Shown in pieces: positions 6,819 through 16,163 of a DNA stretch of 29,543 nucleotides. Source of the stretch: Deltaproteobacteria bacterium (GTDB lineage Bacteria; Myxococcota_A; UBA9160; SMWR01). The translations under genes were made by a program, and so were the position numbers. The notes under the pieces are model-generated. The model was not told where the DNA came from. It worked only from the letters and a program-made list of their open reading frames with translations, and did not search any database. The DNA is taken from the NCBI GenBank assembly GCA_032128375.1, contig JAQBGU010000134.1:1-29543 (forward strand). The letters are read 5' to 3'. The first letter of the stretch is position 1; each line of letters opens with the position of its first letter.

Positions 6819-8144
6819 TCAACGACCCTTCGTCAAGCGACCCACGTCGATGAAGCGACGGACCTTGCCCTTGCTCTCGAAATCCGTCCCATACCGATCC
6901 CAGAACTCGATTCGGTTCCCGGTACCGGTCTGTACGTTCACGATGATGTCGCTGACGATCAGGTTGTCCATCGGCTTCGGAATGCCTTCCCAACCCTCGT
7001 AGAACACGCCGGTCAGACTGTGGTCCTCACTCCAGCGTTTGTTGTGCCAGATGATTTTCCATAGCTCGCCCTTCTGGTCGTAGGCGAACGAATACAGCGC
7101 GTTCAGGGTTTGTTTGTCGAGGTAGATGTCCTTGTGGTGATACGGGTGGTCCGCGTTCTTCGGGATCATCCGAACCACGACTGCATCGCGCAGCTCCCAG
7201 CGATCGTCGGCAAAGGAAAGACCATAGGGGCCGAAGTTGTGATCCTTCTCGTACGGGTAGGCCTTCACCATCGAATTCATCGGGCCGATGATCTTGCGCT
7301 CTCCGAGACACTGCCACTCGTATTGGGGGACGATGCCGTTGAAGCTGAACAAGTCGTCGAATGTGAAGTCGGTCCCCGCCACCGCATCGGTTCGCTGCGC
7401 GGTGGAGATCCGGCGCACCCGGCGCAGGGTCGGTACGTACACCCAGGTGTCGTCGTTCTTGGCCTCGGACTGGGGTTTGTCTGACGACTTGTAGCGGTAG
7501 GACAACAGCATGATCCCGCGGGCATCGAACGGCGCTTCGACAACCGGACCGGACGCGTCCTTGCGCTTCTCGCCGCGGAACACGTCGCCGCCTTCGGCCT
7601 CGTACTGGGCTTCCGGACGATGCGAGAGCCGCACACCCTTGGCCCAACCTTCGTAGTACAGCGGGAGCTGCTCGCCGCGATCCCAGTAGGAGTAGAAGAA
7701 CTTCGCGCCGCCGGCCGCCCCGACCCAACGGTAGTTGTTGTTCCACATGAGCTTGACACCGGCCTGCGGGTCACCGAGACAGTCGATCTCGTCGGTCACG
7801 AACGGCGAACCCGTCACGTAGGCTTCCAGACTGTTGTCGGGTCCGATGCGGGATTCGCCCTTGTGCTTGGTTGTCGCGAGGTCGTATTCCGGAGCGTTCG
7901 CATAGTCGAACTGGGTGGGCCCAATCACCAGCTTCATTCCCTCGTAGAAGAAGAAGTCCCGGTTGTCCCAGAATTCCTCCGGCAAGAAGGGCTTGAGCTT
8001 CGTGACGCCCTCGAAGTCGAGAACGTCGCCCTCGGCGAACGACGGCATCAAGGCGCCGGCGTCTTCTGCCTGTGCAAATGCGGGTGCGGCAGCGAGGCAA
8101 AACCCGGCTGCTGCAATCAGCGTGAAAAGTGATCTACGAAGCAT
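6819..8144 (-). CDS. DUF1329-family secreted protein, paralog 2
   Basis: RBS GAGGAG; signal peptide ending AFA; same motifs as 4332-5660 with long identical blocks. Confidence 0.87.
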   Translation of the reverse strand: MLRRSLFTLIAAAGFCLAAAPAFAQAEDAGALMPSFAEGDVLDFEGVTKLKPFLPEEFWDNRDFFFYEGMKLVIGPTQFDYANAPEYDLATTKHKGESRIGPDNSLEAYVTGSPFVTDEIDCLGDPQAGVKLMWNNNYRWVGAAGGAKFFYSYWDRGEQLPLYYEGWAKGVRLSHRPEAQYEAEGGDVFRGEKRKDASGPVVEAPFDARGIMLLSYRYKSSDKPQSEAKNDDTWVYVPTLRRVRRISTAQRTDAVAGTDFTFDDLFSFNGIVPQYEWQCLGERKIIGPMNSMVKAYPYEKDHNFGPYGLSFADDRWELRDAVVVRMIPKNADHPYHHKDIYLDKQTLNALYSFAYDQKGELWKIIWHNKRWSEDHSLTGVFYEGWEGIPKPMDNLIVSDIIVNVQTGTGNRIEFWDRYGTDFESKGKVRRFIDVGRLTKGR

Positions 8145-8198
8145 TGCTTTCTCCTCATCCCTCGCCTCGGAGCGAGGCAGTGTTATCGCTCTGACCTC

Positions 8199-8210
8199 TA
8201 ACGTTAACGT
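8199..8210. promoter_or_regulatory. Palindrome ACGTTAACGT (8201-8210), candidate operator
   Basis: Perfect 10-bp palindrome about 57 bp upstream of the DUF1329 paralog 2 start; resembles the ACGTWWACGT core of LiuR-type (MerR family) sites. Confidence 0.35.
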
Positions 8211-8635
8211 CCAACCTCTAGCGTTCTGGAGCGGCCGCGCGCGGCTTGGCTCCGAGGAACGAAAATCGATACAGCCAGCTGTGTGGTGGAGTATTACGTT
8301 GCAGATTTACGATTGGATACGTATTCCCCGTCAGTACCACGGTCAGCCGACCCTCGTGCCTCGACCCTCGACCCTCGTCTGTCTTCAGTCGTCAGTCGTC
8401 AGTCCAACGTCAGCCGACGGTAGCAACGGTTACCAATCTTCACCGATCCTTGGGTCGATTGTCCACCTCGATCTTTTCAACGCGTATCGAGTTGGACTCC
8501 GGGCCGCAACAATGCGTTTCACCCCCTCGGGGCACGGGGCTCGGAAACTTCCGGGGGTGGCCCCGCCTGCTCGACAGCCGGCCGCTTGTCGTAGAAGAGT
8601 GGGTACAATGAGACGCTCAGCTCACGGAGAAACGG

Positions 8636-9907
8636 ATGGCCTCTGAAATGAACCGAGATCTCGACCCTTCAATCGCGTTCGATGGCATCAACCTCGTCGA
8701 CCCCGCGGATTATGCGCGGCATGGCTATCCCCACGAAATCTGGACCTGGCTGCGAAACAACAAGCCCGTCTACCGCTGGGAGCAGGAAAACGCGCTGGAT
8801 TACTGGGTGATCAGCAAACACGCCGATATCCAAGCGATTTCGACGCACCCGAGGCAGTGGCTGAACGGCCCACGGCTGACGATCAGTCACGAAGCGGAGC
8901 GGGAGATGTCCGGCTTTCCACCGACGCTGATACAACTCGATTCCCCCAAGCACGGCATCTTCCGCAAACTGGTCGCCCATCGCTTCAAACCGAAGGCGCT
9001 CGCGCGTTTGCACACCGACATCGAAGCCATCGGCAAAGAGATCGTCGACAAGCTGATCGAAGATGGCGACACCGGCGAGTGCGACTTCGTCAAAGAAGTC
9101 TCGGCGCCGCTGCCGATCGCGGTGATCGGATGGATGCTCGGATTGCCGAAGGAAGACTGGCCTCTGCTGTTCGATTGGACGAACAAGATCATCGGAGCCG
9201 GAGATCCCGAGTTTCACGAGGAAGGCACGAATCCCCAACAGGCCGCACAGGCCACGATGATCGAGCTGTTCACGTACTTCACGAAGCTCGTCGAGGAAAA
9301 GAAGAAGAACCCCGATGACGGGCTGGTCACTCTGTTCAACGAGTTGAAGATCGACGGCAAGCCGCTCGAACCGATGGACGTAATGGCGTGGTGTCTGATC
9401 GTCGTCATCGCTGGAAATGAAACAACCCGCAATGGAACCAGCGGCGGCATGCTGGCCTTCATCGAGAACCAGGAGCAACTCTGGAAGTTGCAGCGCGACC
9501 CATCGCTTCTGCCGAGTGCGGTCGAAGAAGTCGTCCGCTGGTCGAGCCCGATCATCCACTTCGCGCGCACGGCGGCCGAAGACGCCGAGATCCGTGGACA
9601 AAAAATCGCGAAGGGAGAAGCGGTAGCGCTGTTCTACCCCTCGGCGAACCGGGACGAAGACATCTTCGAAGATCCGTTCGAGTTCCGAATCGATCGCAAC
9701 CCGAACCGCCACCTCGGCTTCGGGATTGGAGAGCACTTCTGCCTCGGCGTGCACCTCGCGCGACTCGAACTGACCGTCGCCTACAAACACCTGCTGCCCC
9801 GCATCGAGGAAATCGAGCTGGCCGGCCGCGTCGACCGATTGCAATCGAGCCTGGTCGGCGGCGTCAAGCGCCTGCCGATCAAATACCGGATCAAACCTGC
9901 CCCGTGA
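8636..9907 (+). CDS. Cytochrome P450 (CYP125/124/108-like)
   Basis: I-helix AGNETTRN, ExxR (EVVR), heme motif FGIGEHFCLG; RBS GGAGA; TACAAT upstream. Confidence 0.96.
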   Translation: MASEMNRDLDPSIAFDGINLVDPADYARHGYPHEIWTWLRNNKPVYRWEQENALDYWVISKHADIQAISTHPRQWLNGPRLTISHEAEREMSGFPPTLIQLDSPKHGIFRKLVAHRFKPKALARLHTDIEAIGKEIVDKLIEDGDTGECDFVKEVSAPLPIAVIGWMLGLPKEDWPLLFDWTNKIIGAGDPEFHEEGTNPQQAAQATMIELFTYFTKLVEEKKKNPDDGLVTLFNELKIDGKPLEPMDVMAWCLIVVIAGNETTRNGTSGGMLAFIENQEQLWKLQRDPSLLPSAVEEVVRWSSPIIHFARTAAEDAEIRGQKIAKGEAVALFYPSANRDEDIFEDPFEFRIDRNPNRHLGFGIGEHFCLGVHLARLELTVAYKHLLPRIEEIELAGRVDRLQSSLVGGVKRLPIKYRIKPAP

Positions 9908-9927
9908 AGACGCCGAGGTAACGCGCG

Positions 9928-12024
9928 ATGAGCAAGAGCTGTGTTCGAACCTTCTGCCGGGTTTGCGAGCCGGCTTGTGGACTCATTGCAGAGGTCGTCG
10001 ATGGCGAACTAACAACATTGCGACCCGATCGCGAACACCCGGTTACCAAGGGTTTCGCGTGTCACAAGGGGTTGGCGGCAACCCAGATTCACCATGATCC
10101 CGATCGGCTCGACCAACCGATGCGGCGCACGGACTCTGGCGGTTTCGAGGCCATCAGCTGGGACACCGCGATTTCCGAGATCGGCAGCAAGCTCCGCGGA
10201 ATCATCGACCGACATGGGCCGGATTCCGTCGCGAGCTACATCGGCAATCCGACCGCATTCAATACGCTCGTCGGTCCAGCGTTCGGGGCTTTTTTCGCAC
10301 AACTCGGAACCCGCCGCGTGTTCAGCTCGGGCACGCAGGACTGCGCGAACAAGTTCGCCGGCAGCGAGGCGGTATTCGGTTCGTCGACCATCAACCCGAT
10401 CCCCGACATCGAACACACCGACTTGTTGCTGATCTTCGGAGCGAACCCGCGGATCAGCCACTGGAGCTTCATCGCGATCGCCGATCCGATGAAAGCGCTG
10501 AAGGACGCGCGCAAGCGCGGCGCGAAGATCGTGTTCGTCAACCCGCGGCAGATCGAATCCGCTCCGGGCGTCGGCGAGGTACTCCAGATCCGACCCGATA
10601 CGGATGTGTATCTGCTCGCGGCGCTGTTGTGCGAAATCGACGCGGTGGGCGGCTTCGATGAAGCTGTGATCCGCGACCACGGCAAGCGCATCGACGAGCT
10701 ACGGGCATTCATTCGACGCTACCCGGCCGAACGCGCAGCCGAGGTCACGGGTATCGCGGCAGAGTCGATTCGCGAACTCGCGGGCGATATCGCAGCATCG
10801 AAGCGGGCTTCGTTTCACATGTCGACGGGCGTCAACATGGGACGCCAGGGAACGCTCGCATACTGGCTGCTCCACATGCTGAGTTTCACGACCGGCAACC
10901 TCGACCGAACCGGCGGGAACTTATTGTCTGTCGGCTTCTATCCGAATGCCAAGGCCGGCCGGCGCGCCTACGAGGAGGGCTTCACCGATAGCCCCTATGG
11001 CCGATTCCGAAAGGGATCGCTGCCCGGCAATTTGATGGCGCACTACATCACCGACGTCGAAAACCCGGTTCGCGCGATGCTCATCGTCGCGGGCAACCCC
11101 GCCTTGTCGATCGGCGGTGGTGAAAGGCTGCGCGACGCGCTCGAGAGCCTGGAGTTGTTGGTTACGATCGACCTGTACCGAAATGCGACGGGCCAAATGG
11201 CTGACTACGTGCTGCCGTCAGCCGATATGTACGAACGCGAGGACGTGAACATCACCGGTCTCGGGCTGCAGCATCGCCCCTACATCCAGTTCACCGAACG
11301 AGTCGTTCCGCCGAAGTTCGAACGTCGCGAGGAGTGGTGGATCTTCGCCAAGCTGAGCCAGGCGATGGGTCTGCGCTCGGTGCTCGACCGGGGCGATACT
11401 CCGGACTTGTGGGGCCGAACCGATCACATGTTGCGCAGCCGCGGCCATTCGCTCGATGAGGTCCGCGCGACCGAACACGGCTTGATGCTGCCGCCTCTCG
11501 CACAGACCGACTTCTGCGAACAACACCTGCAGACCCACGACAAGCGCGTGGATTGCTGTCCGCCGAGCTTTTCCGACGCGATCGAGCTGCTGGAGTCGCA
11601 ATTCGCCGGGCTCGAAGCCGAGGGTACGGCGCGCCTGAAGCTGATCACGCTGCGCGACAACTACATGCACAACTCGTGGTACCAGAACCTCGAGGGCATG
11701 AAGCGGGGATCGAAGAATCGCAACTACCTGTACATGAACCCAACCGACGCCGCCGAGCGCAGCTTGGATGACGGCGCGAAGGTTCGCATCTGGAACGAAT
11801 TCGGCAGCCTGCAGATCGAGATCCGCACCGATGCCGGCCTGATGCGTGGTGTCGTCGCACTCACGCACGGCTGGGGGAACGCGCGGACGCCCGGCATGAC
11901 GGTCGCAAACAAAACGCCCGGCGTGAACTCGAACGCGCTGCTTCCGAGCGGTCCGGGTAGCTTCGACCCGCTATCGAACCAGAGTTTCATGACTGGCGTA
12001 CCGGTGGAAGTCCGCGCGATCTGA
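9928..12024 (+). CDS. Molybdopterin (bis-MGD, DMSO reductase family) oxidoreductase, cytoplasmic
   Basis: N-terminal CRVCEPACG...CHKG 4Fe-4S motif, GANP, NPR, ADYVLP, and a C-terminal dinucleotide-binding domain (HNSW, MNPTDA, HGWG). No TAT signal. Confidence 0.93.
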   Translation: MSKSCVRTFCRVCEPACGLIAEVVDGELTTLRPDREHPVTKGFACHKGLAATQIHHDPDRLDQPMRRTDSGGFEAISWDTAISEIGSKLRGIIDRHGPDSVASYIGNPTAFNTLVGPAFGAFFAQLGTRRVFSSGTQDCANKFAGSEAVFGSSTINPIPDIEHTDLLLIFGANPRISHWSFIAIADPMKALKDARKRGAKIVFVNPRQIESAPGVGEVLQIRPDTDVYLLAALLCEIDAVGGFDEAVIRDHGKRIDELRAFIRRYPAERAAEVTGIAAESIRELAGDIAASKRASFHMSTGVNMGRQGTLAYWLLHMLSFTTGNLDRTGGNLLSVGFYPNAKAGRRAYEEGFTDSPYGRFRKGSLPGNLMAHYITDVENPVRAMLIVAGNPALSIGGGERLRDALESLELLVTIDLYRNATGQMADYVLPSADMYEREDVNITGLGLQHRPYIQFTERVVPPKFERREEWWIFAKLSQAMGLRSVLDRGDTPDLWGRTDHMLRSRGHSLDEVRATEHGLMLPPLAQTDFCEQHLQTHDKRVDCCPPSFSDAIELLESQFAGLEAEGTARLKLITLRDNYMHNSWYQNLEGMKRGSKNRNYLYMNPTDAAERSLDDGAKVRIWNEFGSLQIEIRTDAGLMRGVVALTHGWGNARTPGMTVANKTPGVNSNALLPSGPGSFDPLSNQSFMTGVPVEVRAI

Positions 12025-12141
12025 CTCGGCTCGTACCCAGGGACGAGTAACCGCGAACGGCTGTCAATCACTCACACCACCGACACACTACCGACACCCT
12101 GCCGATTGCCGGCCAACCACCTGCCAACCACCGAGGTCCAT

Positions 12142-12861
12142 TTGATCAAACTCATGTGTTTCATCAAGAGAAAGCCAGGCCTGTCGATCGCAGCCTTTCG
12201 GGACCACTGGTTGAACCAGCACGGGCCTCTGATCGACAGCTTGCCGGACTTTCGCCGCCACATCGTGCGCTACGAGCAGAACTGCAGGCTGGATGTCGAC
12301 TACGAGCGCGATCGGGAAGTCGGTTTCGATGGTGTCACCGTGCAGTGGTTCGAATCGCGCAGAGATTTCTACGTGTTTGCGATGGAGCCCACCTACAAGG
12401 ACACCATTTACATCGACGAAGACAAGTTTCTCGACCGCAGCGGGATCTCGTTCCTGCTCACCGAAGAACCGGACGTCGTGATCGACGGTGCAAAGCAGCG
12501 GCCCAGCGCCGAGATCAAACTGATCGCGATGTTGCAGCGCAAGGCCGATACCACCCGGGAAGCATTTCGGAAGCACTGGGCGGGTCGTCACGCAGCGATC
12601 TTCCGCGATACACCCGAACTTACCCGGTACATCGTCGGCTACGACCAGAATCGGCGACTCGACAAAGATTACGACCGGGATGCTGGAGGCGGCTTCGACG
12701 GCGTCACCGAACAGTGGTACGCATCGTACGACTCCTTCATCGAATACATCGCGGAGCCCGCCTTCGCGTCGACCGTTTTCCCAGACGAGCGAAATTTCCT
12801 GATCCCCGAACGCACGCAGTGGATCGTCACGCGCCGCCCGGACGTCATCATCTGCACTTGA
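12142..12861 (+). CDS. Tandem EthD-domain protein
   Basis: Two repeats of IKL...RK...AFRxHW...H...Y.QN...FDGVT.QW...DE..FL. TTG start after GAGG. Confidence 0.88.
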   Translation: MIKLMCFIKRKPGLSIAAFRDHWLNQHGPLIDSLPDFRRHIVRYEQNCRLDVDYERDREVGFDGVTVQWFESRRDFYVFAMEPTYKDTIYIDEDKFLDRSGISFLLTEEPDVVIDGAKQRPSAEIKLIAMLQRKADTTREAFRKHWAGRHAAIFRDTPELTRYIVGYDQNRRLDKDYDRDAGGGFDGVTEQWYASYDSFIEYIAEPAFASTVFPDERNFLIPERTQWIVTRRPDVIICT

Positions 12862-12865
12862 CGAG

Positions 12866-13121
12866 CTACTTCGCCTGCTCGCCGGCACCATCCCTGGCAT
12901 CGATCAGCGCGAAGACACGCGATGTGGGCCGGACGGGTCGAGCAGCACCCGCCCACCAGCGTCGCTCCGGCATCGATCCATCCCGAGTCGTCGCGCGCCT
13001 GGTTGGCCAGCTCGAGCGCGCGCAGCGCGAGTTCTTCGAACCGGTCGGCCAGGCCCTCACGCGCCAGCAGTGGGGGCGTCACGCTGTAGTTGTTCGCGGT
13101 GATCACCTCGGCGCCGGCATC
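12866..13121 (-). pseudogene. Homocysteine S-methyltransferase remnant with internal deletion and frameshift
   Basis: The near-N-terminal segment DAGAEVITANNY...LALRALELANQARD is joined directly to the C-terminal WIDAGATLVGGCCSTRPAHIA; frameshift near 12908. Confidence 0.8.
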
Positions 13122-14548
13122 GTCTCCAGTTTCGGCCGTTGATCGGCAACGGGATTCGCCCGTTCGAATGCGCGTGCCAGCTGCAGTACGCCCCAGTCGT
13201 CACGGTGTCGACCGACGATCTGGATTCCCACCGGTAGCCCTTCGGGTGTGAACCCGCACGGTACCGAAATGGCGGGATGTCCGGTGACCGTGATGTAATA
13301 GCTCGACTTCATCCAGTCGACGTAGGTCTCCATCTTTTGACCGGCGATCTCCCGCACCCAGTCCACACGAATATCGAACGGCGGGACCTGGCTGACCGGA
13401 CAGATCAGGAATTCGTGATATTGCATGAATCGACGCACCCGGTGGTACAGCCGGGTACGTTTGATCTGCGCGCGACCGACCTGGGTAGCGGTCAGCGAGC
13501 GACCCTGCTCGGTGTTCCAGACGATCGTGTCCTTGAGTTGTTCGAGTTCGGCGGGCGCCAGGTCGCCGAAGCGCAACGAAAAACTCCAAGCACGCAGCAC
13601 CTGGAAGATCTCGTCGGCGTCGCTGAAATCGGGTTCGGCGTCCGAAACCGCGCAGCCGAGAGCATCGAAAACACAGCGATGCGCTTCCAGCACGCCGGTC
13701 ACGCGGGGATCGACCGGAAGCCCACCGAGGTCGCGACTCCAGGCGATACGAACACCGCGAAAATCGCGCTCGAGCGATGCTGCGAATCGCTCTCCCGGGT
13801 CGTCGAGCGCAATCGGCGAGCGCGCATCCGGTCCGGCGATCGCCGATAGCAGCAGTGCGGCATCGGCGACGTTGCGTGCCAGCGGCCCGAGGACCGCCAG
13901 GTCCCCCCACCCGCGGTCGCTCGGATAGTCGGGCACGCGTCCCGGCGAAGGACGCATCCCGACCACATTGCAGAAGCTCGCGGGGTTGCGCAGCGAGCCA
14001 CCCATATCGCTGCCATCCGCGATGGGCAGCATCCCACATGCCACTGCGACGGCCGCCCCACCGCTGCTACCGCCACAGGTCTTGCTCGTATCGTAGGGGT
14101 TGCGCGTGGCGCCGAATACCTCGTTGAAGGTCTGCGAGCCGGCCCCGAACTCGGGAGTGTTGGTCTTGCCGATCGAGATCGCACCCGCGGCATGGAGCCG
14201 GTCGACGATCAGGTCGTTTGATGCTGGAACGTGATTGGCAAACAACTTCGAGCCGAACGTAGTGCGAATCCCCGCAGTCGACACGAGATCCTTGTGAGCG
14301 ATCGGCAGACCGTGAAGCGGTCCCAGCGGTTCGCCCGCGGCGATCTGCGCGTCGGCCCTGCGTGCGCCAGCGAATGCACGCTCGACTTCGAGTGTGACGA
14401 TCGCGTTGACGGCCGGGTTGACGCGCTCGATCTGGTCGAGATGAGCGGTCATCAACTCGGTACACGAAATCTGCCTGGCGCGAACTGCGGCGACGAGATC
14501 GCGCGCGGACGAAAAGCACAGATCGGTCGTATCGGGGATTGCGCGCAA
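13103..14548 (-). CDS. Amidase signature family amidase
   Basis: GLPIAHKD, GKTNTPEFG, GGSSGGAA, GSDMGGSLRNPA, GLPVGIQIVG. The TTG start at 14548 is inferred. Confidence 0.94.
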   Translation of the reverse strand: MRAIPDTTDLCFSSARDLVAAVRARQISCTELMTAHLDQIERVNPAVNAIVTLEVERAFAGARRADAQIAAGEPLGPLHGLPIAHKDLVSTAGIRTTFGSKLFANHVPASNDLIVDRLHAAGAISIGKTNTPEFGAGSQTFNEVFGATRNPYDTSKTCGGSSGGAAVAVACGMLPIADGSDMGGSLRNPASFCNVVGMRPSPGRVPDYPSDRGWGDLAVLGPLARNVADAALLLSAIAGPDARSPIALDDPGERFAASLERDFRGVRIAWSRDLGGLPVDPRVTGVLEAHRCVFDALGCAVSDAEPDFSDADEIFQVLRAWSFSLRFGDLAPAELEQLKDTIVWNTEQGRSLTATQVGRAQIKRTRLYHRVRRFMQYHEFLICPVSQVPPFDIRVDWVREIAGQKMETYVDWMKSSYYITVTGHPAISVPCGFTPEGLPVGIQIVGRHRDDWGVLQLARAFERANPVADQRPKLETMPAPR

Positions 14549-14657
14549 GCATCGAAGATACCGCGCGCTGGTGTCCCGGCCTAGAATGCTCCAAACCCAC
14601 ACTCGAGGGTCCGGAATACCCGCACCCGTCATCCATCCCGTCGAGGAGTCGCGCACC

Positions 14658-15095
14658 ATGCAAGACCGACCCACAGCCCACGAACTGCTCGCGACGATCG
14701 GAGATCTGTTGCAGGGAGAAGTCCTCGACGCGACCACCGGACCACTGAAACATCAGGTGAGAGTGGCGGGGAACCTGTGCCGGATCCTGGAACGCGAGCT
14801 GGAACTGCAACCCGACAACGACAAGCGCGCCACGGGGCTGCTCGCCGAAGTCCTCGGAGCGGACGCAGGCGACCGCAGCCTCGACGACCTCAACCGTGAA
14901 CTGGCGACCCGGCTGCGACGCGGCTCTGCGCTCGATTCGAAGCAGCGCGACCACAAAGAACGCGAAGATCTCGAACTCGAGCAGCGGGCCTGGAAGGTGT
15001 TGCTCGCGATCGTCCGCGCCAAGCTCGCCGTCAACAAGCCTGGACACGATTCGTACGATTTTGCACCAGAGACCACGAGCGAGGTCGACCGATGA
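14658..15095 (+). CDS. DUF6285-like protein
   Basis: RBS GAGGAG; MQDRPTAHELL...RVAGNL..ILERE...KLAVNKPG; ATGA-coupled to the phosphotransferase. Confidence 0.75.
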   Translation: MQDRPTAHELLATIGDLLQGEVLDATTGPLKHQVRVAGNLCRILERELELQPDNDKRATGLLAEVLGADAGDRSLDDLNRELATRLRRGSALDSKQRDHKEREDLELEQRAWKVLLAIVRAKLAVNKPGHDSYDFAPETTSEVDR

Positions 15096-16132
15096 CGGCA
15101 AGCGACCCGATCCGAAAGGGATTGGCAGAGTTCCTCTCGCGCCTGTGGGACGAGCCGGTGTCGATCGAAAACCTGCAGCCTGCAGCGGGGGGCGCGCGAC
15201 GTCAGAACCTGTTCTTCGACGCACAGCGACCGAATGGATCGTCTGGAACTGGAAGTCGTGAGAGCCTGCCACTTGTCGCCACGATCACGCCGAACCAGGC
15301 CATGCAGGTCATGGACGTCGAAGTGGAGGCCGACACACTTCGTCTGGCTGAATCGGCGGGCACCCCGGTCGCCCACGTCGTGGCATCGTCGGGTGACGCG
15401 TCATTCGTCGGCGGACCGTTTTTCATCACCACGCGCCTGACGGGCGAAACGATTCCTCGGCGCGTGCTGCGACTGGTCGAGGCTCATCCCGGCCTGGGCC
15501 GCAAGCTCGCGCGCCAATGCGGCGACGCGCTCGCTCGACTCCACGCAGCGGATCCATCCAAAGCGCGAGCCGAGCTTGCACGGCCCGGCCGCAGCTCGCC
15601 CGCCGAGCACGCAATCGCGATGACCGAAGCGCTGCTGAATGCGCTGTTGCAACCTTCGCCGGCCTACTCGCTCGGCTTCGGTTGGCTCGTGCGCCACCTT
15701 CCCGACCCACCCGATCGGACCGCGATCCTGCACGGCGACTTCCGCAACGGCAATATCATCGTCAACGGGCAGGGGTTGTGTGCAGCACTGGATTGGGAAG
15801 TCGCGAAGATCGGCGACCCGATGGAAGACCTGGCATGGCTGTGCATGAGGATGTGGCGATTCCGAAACGACACACTCGAAGTCGGTGGGTTCGGCACGGC
15901 AGCCGACCTGCGTGCGGGCTACGAATCTGCTGGCGGCGGGTGGCGCCAAGAGAGTTTCCACTGGTGGAAGGTTCTGTGCACTTTGCGCTGGGGACTCGGC
16001 CTGGCTGGGCAGGCGGCTGCCCACCTCAATGGCAGCGTCCCGTCAATCGTGATGGCGGCGAGCGGCCGACGTGTCGCTGAGCTCGAGTACGACACCCTGA
16101 TGTTGATCCGCGGCAGCTACGTTTCGAACTGA
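15092..16132 (+). CDS. APH-type phosphotransferase (ACAD10/11 N-terminal-like)
   Basis: LARLH, HGDFRNGN, LDWE, GDPMEDLAWLC. Confidence 0.92.
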   Translation: MTASDPIRKGLAEFLSRLWDEPVSIENLQPAAGGARRQNLFFDAQRPNGSSGTGSRESLPLVATITPNQAMQVMDVEVEADTLRLAESAGTPVAHVVASSGDASFVGGPFFITTRLTGETIPRRVLRLVEAHPGLGRKLARQCGDALARLHAADPSKARAELARPGRSSPAEHAIAMTEALLNALLQPSPAYSLGFGWLVRHLPDPPDRTAILHGDFRNGNIIVNGQGLCAALDWEVAKIGDPMEDLAWLCMRMWRFRNDTLEVGGFGTAADLRAGYESAGGGWRQESFHWWKVLCTLRWGLGLAGQAAAHLNGSVPSIVMAASGRRVAELEYDTLMLIRGSYVSN

Positions 16133-16163
16133 AACTGCAAGCCGGCTGCAGCGATGCACACGG

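Noticed and set aside
4332..8144. DUF1329 pair as a DGR template/variable pair or an assembly duplication
   Set aside because: Both are full genes with many synonymous differences throughout; no adenine-specific pattern noticed and no reverse transcriptase present.
8669..9844. 391-aa minus-strand ORF
   Set aside because: Antisense shadow of the P450.
14549..14737. Long N-terminal extension of the amidase
   Set aside because: Overlaps the divergent DUF6285-like gene; amidase similarity starts near TDLCFSSA.
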